64,000 nucleotides of DNA from Octopus sinensis. Its lineage: Eukaryota. Positions 52,087-64,000 of the stretch are shown here, in pieces. The notes beneath the pieces were generated by a model. The model was given only the letters and a program-made list of their open reading frames with translations. It made no database searches and had not been told where the DNA came from. Within the stretch, counting starts at the first letter, position 1. Every line of letters begins with the position of its first letter. The DNA is taken from the NCBI RefSeq assembly GCF_006345805.1, contig NC_042999.1, positions 4,402,001 to 4,466,000 of the forward strand. Reading direction: 5' to 3'. The position numbers were made by a program, and so were the translations under genes.

Positions 52087-52505
52087 ATTCCATGCTGCAT
52101 ATATATATATTTCATTTATATCATCATCATCATTTAACGTCTGTCTTCCTTGTTGGCATGAGTTAAATGGTTCAACAGAATCTAGCGAGCTAGAGGACTG
52201 TGCCAATCTCTATTGTTAGCTTTGGCATGGTTTCTATGGCTGGATGCCCTTCCAAATACCAACCACTTAGCAGAATAAACTGGGCTCTTTTCATATGCAT
52301 GACAAAGACCCCTCAACTAGGAGAGGAAGAAGTATCGTGGGAGGTGGCTTTGTGCCAGATGATGAGAAGTTAAAAAGTAAAATAGCGGAATAAAGATAAG
52401 TGTTTTGTTATAGAAGAGATTACATGGCTACTCATGTTGGGAAAAAGAGAGTTTCAGAAAAAGATAGAAACTAAGAGAGAGAGAGATGGTGGTAGGGTAC
52501 CATAG

Positions 52506-52735
52506 GTGGCGAGCTGGCAGAAATGTTAGCATGCCGGGCGAAATGCTTAGCGGTATTTCGTCTGCCGTTATGTTCTGAGTTCAAATTCTGCTGAGGTCGA
52601 CTTTACCTTTCATCCTTTCGGGGTCGATAAATTAAGTACCAGTTGCGTACTGGAGTCGATGTAATCGACTTAATACCTATGTCTGTCCTTGTTTGTCCCC
52701 TCTATGTTTAGCCCCTTGTGGGTAATAAAGAAATA
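52506..52735 (+). mobile_element. SINE family 2 with 15-bp TSD
   Basis: GGTAGGGTACCATAG at 52491-52505 and 52736-52750. Older copies at about 1-90, 14330-14950, 22580-22790, 26153-26370, 28390-28610, 30510-30670 and 31653-31865. Confidence 0.9.
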
Positions 52736-52879
52736 GGTAGGGTACCATAGACAGAGAACTGATGAGTCTTTTGGGATGAGATGCGGGGGAAATGCTTGGC
52801 AAGACAGAGAAAGTGGGAGTACGGCAGAACCCTATATGTACAAGCATTACTAAGGTGATTTTAGGATATCTTTTCAGCA

Positions 52880-53341
52880 ATGTAGCCAGGTTTTCTCAAG
52901 CACTGCGAAGTACCAATCATCTTGACCCTTTTTCATCTCCTCCATAAAGTTCAGCATCTTGAAATTGGCCTTCACTACTTCATCCCCTGTCTTCCTAGCT
53001 TTCCCTTTTCCACAAGTTCCGTCCACTTTCATTGATCAGCACTTCTTCACGTGACTGTCCTCATTCATACACATCACATGACCAAACCAGCACAGTCTTC
53101 TTTCTTGCACACTACATCTAATTCTTCTTATGCCTAACTTTTCTCTCAATACATTAGCACTTTGTTACGCATGCACACTGACATCGTACATCCAATGGAG
53201 CAGACTAGCTTCATTCCTCTCAAGTCTTCATGTCCTCTGCATGCCTGTGTCACACTCCCTTCACATGCCTACATCACACTACCATGTAGCATTGCTGTTT
53301 CTACTCAGGCATCATACAATCTTCTTTTCCGTCAGAGATAC

Positions 53342-53378
<37 letters not shown>

Positions 53379-54165
53379 ATCTTCTGTTGCCAAGGGAGAT
53401 AAAAGCTCTCTGAATTTTCTCCATTCTATTCTTACTCTAAAAACTGCACTTCCAGAACATACTCCTCCACAACTAATTTACTCTTTACTCTCTCTTTTAC
53501 TCTTTTACTTGTTTCAGTCATTTGACTGCGGCCATGCTGGAGCACCGCCTTTAGTCGAGCAAATCGACCCTGGGACTTATTCTTTGTAAGCCCAGTACTT
53601 ATTCTATCGGTCTCTTTTGCCGAACCTCTAAGTGACGGGAACGTAAACACACCAGCATCGGTTGTCAAGCAATGCTAGGGGGACAAACACAGACACACAA
53701 ACATACACACAAATACATATATATATACATATATACGACAGGCTTCTTTCAGTTTCCGTCTACCAAATCCACTCACAAGGCATTGGTCGGCCCGAGGCTA
53801 TAGCAGAAGACACTTGCCCAAGATGCCACGCAGTGAGACTGAACCCGGAACTATGTGGTTGGTAAGCAAGCTACTTACCACACAGCCACTCCTGCGCCTA
53901 ATTAGTTCACCTGGGTTAACAAAAATTATCTATTACCTCCAGAATATTTGAGAAAATCAATTTCCAATGTATCTATAATCTTTATGGCTCCTGTGCATCT
54001 TCCACACATGGATAGTACTTTCTCCATTAACCTTCTTGTGATTCCACTGCACCTCTTACATGTCCATAGTTTGCACTGGGTGCACCACACGGGGTCCCTG
54101 CCTATAACTTTCCTATACACTTACCAAGGCCATTTATCTTGTCTATTTTCTTGTTTACTAGAACA
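52880..54165 (-). mobile_element. Decayed RTE-clade LINE fragment, interrupted by a SINE at 53480-53898
   Basis: ORF 53926-54120 (CTQCKLWTCKRCSGITRRL...CGRCTGAI), followed by KFREL...RLYDA.V.TAMLHG...LERNEAS and RLCWFGHV...GKGK.RKT motifs. Confidence 0.75.
53480..53898 (-). mobile_element. SINE family 1, inserted in an RTE fragment
   Basis: Full length, head GGCGCAGGAGTGGCTG on the minus strand. Confidence 0.9.
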
Positions 54166-54338
54166 TTTTGGTAATATATATATATATATATCATCATCAT
54201 CATCATCATCATTTAGCGTCCGTTTTCCATGCTAGCATGGGTTGGACGGTTCAACTGGGGTCTGTGAAGCTGGAAGGCTTCATCAGGCCCAGTCAGATCT
54301 GGCAGTGTTTCTACGGCTGGATGCCCTTCCTAATGGCA

Positions 54339-54387
<49 letters not shown>

Positions 54388-54535
54388 ATTTTTGCAAACA
54401 ACTTGCAGATGCCAGTGCTATCAAGTGAAAGTTCTGCATACTGGATGCTAGCATGCTTATGGGGTTATCAGGAAAGAATGTGCATTATATATATATATAT
54501 ATATATAGATATAGATAGATAGATAGATATAGATA

Positions 54536-54566
<31 letters not shown>

Positions 54567-54671
54567 TGTACATCATTTATTATATGTTAACCTCAGATTA
54601 AACAGCAGCAAATAAATGTTCACGTTTTAAGCAATATGGAATTTACAGATAATACAAAGAATATATATATA

Positions 54672-54713
<42 letters not shown>

Positions 54714-54968
54714 TTTTACTTTGTTTAAAACATTTACATGCACTCACACAAAGCAACACATCCTATGCATTTTCACAATTCATTATCTCTTATCACATCC
54801 TAGTTTGCAGTATTTTGAATTCTTTTTACTTATTTTGGGTTTTTCCCCCCTTTTTAGCATCCTTACAGGGAAAAAGAAGCATAAATGTTATTTAAACCAT
54901 TTAAGTCTTTTTTTGCTTTTTTCTCTCCAATTCCTTGTGCTTGAAACTTTACCGTATTATTTTGCTAG

Positions 54969-55123
54969 TACGATTTTACATATGCAAGATACAATCAGTA
55001 GCAGTTATTATGAACAAGCAGTGGAAGTGGGCCGAGCCAGAGATGAAATGAGGTGTCGACACGGAATCAATGAAACATATACATTCTCAGTGCCAATAAA
55101 TACGTTTCTGCAAAGAGGAAATG
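54969..55123 (+). CDS. CACNA2D: alpha2-delta exon H (F-TILHMQDTISSSYYEQAVEVGRARDEMRCRHGINETYTFSVPINTFLQRGN), phase 2-1
   Basis: Acceptor tattttgctAG, donor ATG|GTAAGA. YYEQAV...YTFSVP corresponds to the Cache-domain WY/FYxRAV...FVYSVP motif. Lies inside ORF 54721-55137. Confidence 0.88.
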
Positions 55124-55651
55124 GTAAGAGACCCTGAAACCACTTTTTTTTTTTTTTTTTTTTTTTATATTAGACATTTGTTGTAGAAAAAATTTGACAA
55201 AAATTGGAAACAAAATAACTTCAAGTTTTGTTGTTTGTGAGAGAAATGAATATAATGGCATTCCGATAAAATCTATTTTGTGTGTCTATGTATGTGTGTG
55301 TGTGTGTTTGTGTGTGTGTTTGTGCATATGTATATATATTTATTTGTATGTATATTTTTATCTATATACCTATATATGTGTATGTATGTATGTGTGTATG
55401 TATGTGTGTGTGTATAGATATATATATATGCATGCATGCATACAGACAGACAGGCAAATATACATACATATAAATATATACACATATTATAACTGAAAAG
55501 CTCTGATTTCAGTATTCCGAATTGCTCATTTCCAATCATGAGCTGGTAAACCAAGCCTTTCAGTAGTAAGGTATTGAAGAATACTCTACATCCATTTGTA
55601 TTATACTGAGTCCTGTAATTTATCATGAATCAACAGAAATTTATATATATA

Positions 55652-55705
<54 letters not shown>

Positions 55706-55969
55706 TGTGTGTGTATGCATGTGCTTGTGTGTGTGATGAGGATTCACTTCATCACTTCATAGATTTACTTCCTCCTCTCCTATCTGTCATTTGCAGAACA
55801 TTCTACAGATGACAGCAGAGTTATTAAACATATGTAATAAAAATATTTTTGTTTCATTTGGGGTTGTTGTTGTTGTTGTTGGGTAAAAAATAAAGAGAAA
55901 TTAATATAAAACTTGATTAATCTTTATTCCATACATAAATTGCTTTTATCTATTTATTATTTTATATAG

Positions 55970-56175
55970 AAAGGATTGAATATCTAGACTTAAACACAAC
56001 AGCAATAACTGTGAGCGTTCCTGTTCTTAAGTGTGCTAGTGGAGGAGATCGTCAGAATTACACTGTGGCAGGTGTATCTGGTTATCAAATGTCTTTCTAT
56101 AAATTTGATGAACTCGTCAGTGAAACGTTTGGTTGTCCAAATGGGAAGTACTGTTCCATCTATAATGGTGACAAT
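55970..56175 (+). CDS. CACNA2D: alpha2-delta exon I (E-RIEYLDLNTTAITVSVPVLKCASGGDRQNYTVAGVSGYQMSFYKFDELVSETFGCPNGKYCSIYNGDN), phase 1-0
   Basis: Acceptor ttattttatatAG, donor GTAAGT. ITVS..V...VAGVSGYQM is the Cache beta-strand pattern (vTaS.ai...aavvGiqm) followed by a Cys loop. Confidence 0.9.
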
Positions 56176-56345
56176 GTAAGTTCGCTTCTTTGTTTTTGTT
56201 TTTACTTCTTGTTTGTTTTCTTTTTATCTTGACTTAAATACCAAATCTGATACCAAATCTACCTGGAACCACTCCTAGATCTGTGATACAAACTGCCTGT
56301 TTTAAAGTGATTTAAATTTTAAAAAAGCTGCCATCAACACTTCAT

Positions 56346-56610
56346 ACTCTCTCTCTTTTACTCTTTTACTTATTTCAGTCATTTGACTGCGGCCATACTG
56401 GAGCACCACCTTTAATCAAGCAACTCTACTCCGGGACTTATTCTTTTGTAAGCCCAGTACTTATTCTATCGGTCTCTTTTGCCGAACCGCTAAGTAACGG
56501 GGACATAAACACACCAGCATCGATTGTCAAGCAATGCTGGGGGGACAAACACAGACACACAAACACACACACGCATCATCATCATCATCATCGTTTAACG
56601 TCCATTTTCC

Positions 56611-56650
<40 letters not shown>

Positions 56651-56812
56651 GACAGGCTTCTTTCAGTTTCCATCTACCAAATCCACTCACAAGGCTTTGG
56701 TTGGCCCAAGGCTTTAGTAGAAGACACTTGCCCAAGGTGCCACACAGTGGGACTGAACCCGGAACCATGTGGTTGGTAAGTAAGCTACTTACCACACAGC
56801 CACTCCTGCGCC
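56346..56812 (-). mobile_element. SINE family 1, inserted in a piggyBac-type MITE
   Basis: Full length; contains a short family-3 tail fragment at about 56573-56612. Confidence 0.88.
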
Positions 56813-59678
56813 TATTCATGTTTAATTTTTGTTCTAAACCGCAGGTTATTAACAATAATGTTCAGAATTAATTGAAATATAGATAGTGTATTTTGGCCAA
56901 AGTGTGGCAACAAAAGGGTTAATCTTTATTTAAGATGGTTACAGTGAGCTCTAAGGAACATTTATGGCAAAACTGTGGATATAGAACAACCAGATTATTA
57001 AAAAGTTTGATAAACACTCAATCCTAAACCTTTCCAACTGTCAAATCCACTCACAAGGTTTTAGTTGGAATGACATTATAGTAGAAAACACTTGCCTAAG
57101 GTCCCACACAGTGAAACAGAACCTGAATCCATGCACTTTGAAAGTGCACTACTTAACCACACAGCCAATGCTAGAAACTAGCTTTGTTCATTTGCAGTAG
57201 AGTGTCTGACATTTTTGGAAAGTCAAACTGGCATGGAACAAAAAGGAGGTGGTTGAGAAATGCTGGCACAGAAGCTCATTAGTTGCCTAGATAATTAGTT
57301 TCCAGTAATTATGGAGTTTATATATTTAAAACCTTTCAGACCTGTGGTCACTCCTTTGTAAATGTTCATATTACAAACTTGTCTTAATAGAAACATTGAT
57401 TTTTTTTTCTTTTCTCCTTTTACACTAATTGCTCCTCCACATTTAGATCAATCTACTCTGTTTTCATTTAATATTCCATGATAAATTGTTTCATATTTTT
57501 ATATGATTTTTATATGATTTAGTCTTTCTCCCATTTTTTTGTCTTTTTTTTAGATTTATGATAATTATCTAGTGCAGTAATTAGTTTCTCGTTTGATCCA
57601 TGATTTAAATAATTATCTACAGTTATTTTTAAACAGTCTCAAAAAATTATATCGCCACCTTTTTATATATTTATATATATTTTTTTTACTTTGTTAACAT
57701 CATCATCATCATCACACCGTCGTCATGATCATCATCATCATCACCACTATCACCACCACCACCACCACCATCATCATCATTGTTTAACATCAATATATTT
57801 TGCACAACTGCTATAATAGAAACTAAACAACTTTGCACACGTTAAACATTTATTTGTTTATTTATTCATTTATTGGAATCTGAACACAGAATTTATTTTT
57901 AATTAATTAAAAATTCTTGACTCTTACTATATGAAGTATTCTAGCCCCACTTCTCTGTAAAGTGTCTACACACAAGGCACCTCTAAAGATTTTTCTATTG
58001 TCATTCTTTTAATTTATTGCACTCCGCCATATTGATACATCCTTCACAAGTTCCAGAACAGAACCACTCAACTGATTGACATAAACTCACTCACAGACAT
58101 ACTCCTCCATTTAGCTTGCAGGCATGCTGTCTCCTCTCACTAGTTTTACTTCCGCTACTATAATGGTCTCTACTCATTGGAGTTGGCTAGGTTCATGCCA
58201 ACTGCTTTCAAGCACTTCCATTGTACTTATCACTTCCCATCACCCTTGTTGTGTCCAATTCATTCATCCTATGTTCCCACACACATCATTACACACGATC
58301 CTTCCTTCCCACAACCTTCTCCCTCTGAAATTCCCTCTCTATTCATGTCTTTCTCTCAGGGGTTGACTTACAAAGGTTCAAAATGAACATTAATGACCTC
58401 AATCTCACCAGTCTAAAGATGAGTGCTTGTGAAGTTGTGGGCACTGCCCTTTCCTCCTGGCCTGGATCAAGTCAGGTATGGGGGCATGCACCATTGCAGA
58501 GCATCTCTGCATCCACCAGCCACCAGTATCTGCTTGGGTTCATCCCAGGCAACCTTCCATGCAGTGTCCCAATCAGTTCCCATCTTTGTGAAATACTTCC
58601 TCATCCACTATGACTGTGTGGTCAACCAGCCTGAGCCATCATGCTAGTTAGATCCTCGGAGAAGAAAACAGTATACAAGATTCAACTTGGAAAATTGAGC
58701 AACCCCACAGACCCTGCTAGTGAAAAAATAATTGATAGATAATAATTGTTCTCCTCATTAAGGGTGTGATTTTAACGAATTGAAATTTATTGGATCACTA
58801 CATTAAGCATGCTAGCTTTCCACTTTACTCAACTGCAATATGTCTGTGCATGTTGTTGTTATTGTTGTGCATGCATGCATCTTCTGCCTAAAGCTGGATG
58901 TTGGTGACTTCTGACTGATCAGGCTGTTAGAAGGAGAGGTTGAAGAAATCACAAATCGATTGATCTACTACTTTAAACTGCTTCAATAAAGAAATCAATA
59001 GATTAGTATTGATTTCAGTTGTAGATGTAAGAAGAAAAGCGAAGTGGGAAGAAATAAATAAGTAAAGAAAAAAAAGAAAAGTAGAAAATCCTGGCAATTA
59101 GACATGCACACACACACACACACACATGCACACATAGAGATATATACATACACATGCATATACACATTGACATATATGTGCACATAGATATGCACAGATA
59201 TATATGTACACACATACACTCATACGGCCACACATATTTACATGCATTGACATTTATGCATACACTCACACAGAACAAAACACACAAACTGATACACATA
59301 CATAAACACACATAATCACACATATACACACACAAGAATCTATACACACATTCACATACAGATGCAATCACACACACACACACACACTCATACACACACA
59401 TATACCAGCACACACTCATACAGCACAATCACAGATAATATTTAGATAAACTTTGCACGACTGTATTGAACAGAAGACTGCGTCAACAACAGAAGCTTTT
59501 ACATGGTTGTGCAGCCTGCTAAGAATAGCAGCTAAACCTCTCTCCTCAAACCATATCCTATCTACTTTTAAATAAAAATAAGGAGCACATTAGATAACAT
59601 AGTCTTAGATAACCATAGGCCTGAAATAAAGATGGCACAAATGCTTTGATTATGGGTTTGCTCATTCAGGGTTTGTCA

Positions 59679-59974
59679 TCTTTATATATAAAAGTGAAGT
59701 TGTGTGTCTGTCTCCTACGATTTAGATTCCTAACTACTCCCACATTTTGCGATGCAGTTTAATTAAAAGCGGGTATCTTATTGTCATGATTCATATCGAG
59801 CCCTTCTGGGTATTAGCGCGCGTCTACGATGAGTCTACGATTTAAAAAAAAATTTACCATCACTTTTTCCCATTTTTAATGCATTTTTTGCTATTATATA
59901 AGGGAAGTAACTCTAAAAATGCTTATATAGTTATTTCCCTTACAAACCCGAGCAATGCCGGGCGATACTGCTAG
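59679..59974 (+). mobile_element. Non-autonomous Helitron
   Basis: A|TCTTTATATATAAAAG start; 3' hairpin CCCGAGCAATGCCGGG plus CGATACTGCTAG|T. Confidence 0.82.
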
Positions 59975-60303
59975 TATATATATATATATGGCTGTCATGT
60001 ATGTATTAATGCCATGTATGCCAATAGAGAAAGAGCCAATTTCTAACCAAGACCCAAGGCTCCTTCATTGGAATTTCAGCAACATCAACAGTGTATTTGT
60101 ACATGTTTGTGTGTATGAGTAAAATATTTGGATTCAGGGCATGGGCATTTTTGTACGTTTTGTTTTTATGTATTCTCATGCATATAGCTGTGTGTCTAGA
60201 CATGTGCATATATACTTAAATATAAAACTTCTGGAAAGTTTTACAAATTTTACATTTCCATATGTGAGTGTGTGTGTGTGCATCCATGCATACATGTGTG
60301 TGT

Positions 60304-60688
60304 GGAGTCGCAATGGCCCAGTGGTTAGGGCAGCGGACTCGTGGTCATAGGATCGCGGTTTCAATTCCCAGACCGGGCGTTGTGAGTGTTTATTGAGCGA
60401 AAACACCTAAAAGCTTCACAAGGCTCCGGCAGGGGATGGTGGTGATCCCTGCTGTACTCTTTCACCACAATTTTCTCTCACTCTTACTTCCTGTTTCTGT
60501 TGTACCTGTATTTCAAAGGGCCGGCCTTGTCACTCTCTGTGTCATGCTGAATATCTCCGAGAACTACGTTAAGGGTACACGTGTCTGTGGAGTGCTCAGC
60601 CACTTACACGTTAAATTCACGAGCAGGCTGTTCCGTTGATCGGATCAACCGGAACCCTCGTCGTCGTAACCGACGGAGTGCTTCCACA
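60304..60688 (+). mobile_element. tRNA-derived SINE family 4
   Basis: Head TGGCCCAGTGGTTAGGG...GGTTTCAATTCCC. Body shared with the minus copy at 26497-26790 and the partial + copy at 28195-28388; related head at 43398-43598. Confidence 0.8.
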
Positions 60689-61865
60689 CATGTGTGTATG
60701 AATGTATGTATATATGTCAATTGTAAGTCATGTATATATATATATGTATTCTTGCATATATGTATGTACCTGTGTATGTACATATGTATGTATATTTGTA
60801 TATATGTACATACGTATGTATGTATGCATGCAGTCTAGTCATACATAATCAGGAGTTTTCCAAGAATTAGGCATCAAAAAATACAATATTTATTTTCTGT
60901 GATGCTTAAAATTTTAGGCTTTAAAACAGAAAAGTGAGCATAAATGCACAACTGGAAACTTCATTACTGGTATGATCTTAAGCATTTCAATAGAAATCCA
61001 AAGAAAATAACAATTTACTGTTCTTTGGACATCACTCATTTCCACCACCATTTTGACACCTACATATCAATGCTTGCATGAGTCAGATGGAATTCACTGA
61101 GTTTTTTTGAGACTGGATGCCCTCCCTGTTACCAACCCTCACTTGTTTCTAAGCAAAGTAATATTTCCCATTGGCCAGACATGTTTTGATGGAAGACTGG
61201 AAATAAGCAGCATTGTTTGTATGATAGTAATACTTGTTTGCAGCAGTAACTTAATGTCAGGATGAGTACACACAAGCATGCACACATACACTCTCACACA
61301 TACATATGTATAAATACATATATATATATAATGGAGGCACACATGTGTATAAATACATATATATATAATGGAGGCGAACACCTTTCTCTGTGTGATTGGC
61401 TTGAAAAATTGTTAAAACACTGGGATATTTTCCTATGTTTCTTAACATGAAACCAATGGTAGCCTTAATTCACAAATAAAGAATTTATATCCACCGAAAC
61501 AGTGTTGAGCACTCATTTTCATCATTTGACATTTACATGTGTATATGTATGTGACAGCTTTCTTTCAATTTTCATTTACTAAATCCACTGATAAGGCTTT
61601 GATCAGCCTGGGGCTATTGTAAAAGACATCTTGTCCAAGATGCCATACAGTGGGACTGAACTCAAAAACATTATAGTTGGGAAGCAAGCTTTTTAACTAT
61701 GGAGTCTGATATTATTCTACAGTTTTGTCATGATTATTTTGTGTCATTATATGTTACCATTTGTTCTATATCATATGATGTAGATAACTGAACAAAGTAT
61801 TATTGTTTTTTTGTTTTTCTGTTCTTTTCAAACTGTTTCCAATTTAATCTGTTTTTCTATTTCAG

Positions 61866-61931
61866 TCAAACTATACAGTATTTGTGATTGACCATAATGG
61901 TATCATCATAACTTCCAGCACAAAAACCACG
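61866..61931 (+). CDS. CACNA2D: alpha2-delta exon J (SNYTVFVIDHNGIIITSSTKTT), phase 0-0; gene continues beyond the window
   Basis: Acceptor tttttctatttcAG, donor ACG|GTCAGT. FVIDHNGIII corresponds to the conserved (C)YLIDNNGFIL motif. Confidence 0.9.
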
Positions 61932-62352
61932 GTCAGTACTAATAAATTTTTACTTTGTTACTCAAATCAATTTATTATTATAGAATATCATGAGGATATA
62001 TAACAATGTGTATACAGTGATGTGAATATACTACTCACCATTGCTTTTTGCCTTCAGAGAACAACTTCTCACATCAAACATTGTGTTTTGAAACACCAAG
62101 GAAGTGATTTGACTGAAGAGACATAATGAGGTTGGAACAGCACAATGTCTCAAAGTCACTTAACATCAATGAATTGAGTGTGTTGTCAGCACACATTGCT
62201 TGAAGGATGTTGCTCTCTGAATGTGAAATACAAAAATGATTAGTCATATTTGCACTCAAATCTACTGAAACATGTTATGAATGGATATACTTATTATTGA
62301 CTTTTTGTTAATTGATCCAGCAGTTATTATTCTTCATATTTAGATCACATAT

Positions 62353-62922
<570 letters not shown>

Positions 62923-63280
62923 TATCAGTACATGCTTTCGATAATGTTGTCATTAAAGATATTGGTAGCTCTAATAATGAGATCTTTTGGATAAATCTTA
63001 TGTCTTCTTATATTGCATTATCTTCCGCATGAAAAACGACAGCTTCCTGCCAGTTTGGGTGTGAGGCATTATTATTGTGCAATGGATCTAAGTACCACCA
63101 CAAGATCAATCCTTGCTGTGGTGTGGTGGTTTATGTGTCACAATGGCAATGAGAGCTGTACTACCAGGATGCAAGCTTCTAGTAAGGCTTTCCATTCTGG
63201 ACAGGTCAAAGGATTGAGACCAATATGAACCACCTCTTGATGGAGATAAAAATAGGTTTGCATAGCAAAAAATAAGTTAA

Positions 63281-63501
63281 CCCTTTAGCATTTAAACAGG
63301 CCATATCCGGCCAAAAGTATTCTGCCTGTTTTATGTTCAAACTGGCCAGATCTGGTCTCTCACACCAACCCTACAATATCGTTTTAAAAATTAACAGCTA
63401 CCTCATCAAAATCTCATAGCTACAAGATAATGCATGATTAGTTCAAAACAATGTGGATGAAGAGGCATTAATTTTGGCAGAATAATGCTAACACTAAAGG
63501 A
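63281..63501. mobile_element. piggyBac-type non-autonomous element (MITE)
   Basis: TTAA flanks (63277-80, 63502-05); termini CCCTTTAG / CTAAAGGA. Confidence 0.7.
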
Positions 63502-63803
63502 TTAAAGAAGCATCAATGACAACTGGAAACCAATAAGAGCTGGGAAAGGAAGGCCTCAAAAGACAGTCCAGAATTGAGAAAAGTCATTGATGGCTTATGC
63601 TCCATAAGGAGTGAAGGAGTTTAAGAGAATGAATATAACTGACAAAATTAAATTTTTCCATTCATCAAACATGGCTGAAGGCACTTTAAAACTTAGTCTT
63701 TTGAGGTTAATGTTTTGTGATCCCTGATCACTCCTCACAGTATAAAGTCCAAGATGCTTAATGAGCTCTAAATTAATCCATCTTATTAATGAAAATATCT
63801 ATA

Positions 63804-64000
63804 GGCGCAGGAGTGGCTGTGTGGTAAGTAACTTGTTTACCAACCACATGGTTCCGGGTTCAGTCCCACTGCGTATCACCTTGGGCAAGTGTCTTCTACT
63901 TGTGAGTGGATTTGGTAGACGGAAACTGAAAGAAACCCGTCGTATATATGTATGTGTGAGTGTGTTTGTCCCCCTAGCATTGCTTGACAACCGATGCTGG
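63804..64000 (+). mobile_element. SINE family 1 (internal deletion; runs off the window)
   Basis: Head GGCGCAGGAGTGGCTGTGTGG. Confidence 0.85.

Noticed and set aside
60304-60375. tRNA gene
   Set aside because: A/B boxes are present but there is no complete cloverleaf and the sequence continues into a SINE body; the same applies to family-1 heads.
61305-61375. ~40-bp tandem duplication (also 26-30 bp units at about 17075-17160)
   Set aside because: Ordinary slippage within TA/CA-rich simple sequence.
62102-62161. Hammerhead (CTGAAGA + GGACAT/ATGTCT stem)
   Set aside because: No GAAA box or stem III; explained as an imperfect hairpin.

Overview
Eukaryotic, AT-rich, repeat-dense DNA. The SINE families and microsatellite load look like an octopus/coleoid cephalopod genome (inferred from repeat content, not verified). 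The whole window lies inside one + strand multi-exon gene, mostly invisible to the ORF track. Ten small GT-AG exons (7439-7516, 25972-26033, 32547-32611, 41025-41067, 44207-44292, 47226-47322, 51280-51360, 54969-55123, 55970-56175, 61866-61931) splice in phase into 939 nt / 313 aa without stops. The peptide is recognisable as the middle Cache-domain region of a voltage-gated Ca2+ channel alpha2-delta subunit (CACNA2D family); both gene ends lie outside the window. Introns hold several SINE families, RTE, CR1, Dong/R4 and Penelope-like fragments, mariner, hAT and piggyBac-type non-autonomous elements, two Helitrons and microsatellites. The most unusual signal is a set of minimal type I hammerhead ribozyme motifs in (TA)n-flanked mini-elements. 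One is a perfect 161-bp-arm palindrome carrying an intact-looking hammerhead on each strand (37163-37489), one has a G3:C8 core swap (52036-52086) and one has a single-A insertion (18834-18891). There are also several long intronic hairpins, a candidate 11-nt microexon and a templated 100-bp insertion with microhomology at both junctions. All calls are by eye; no searches or folding programs were run.
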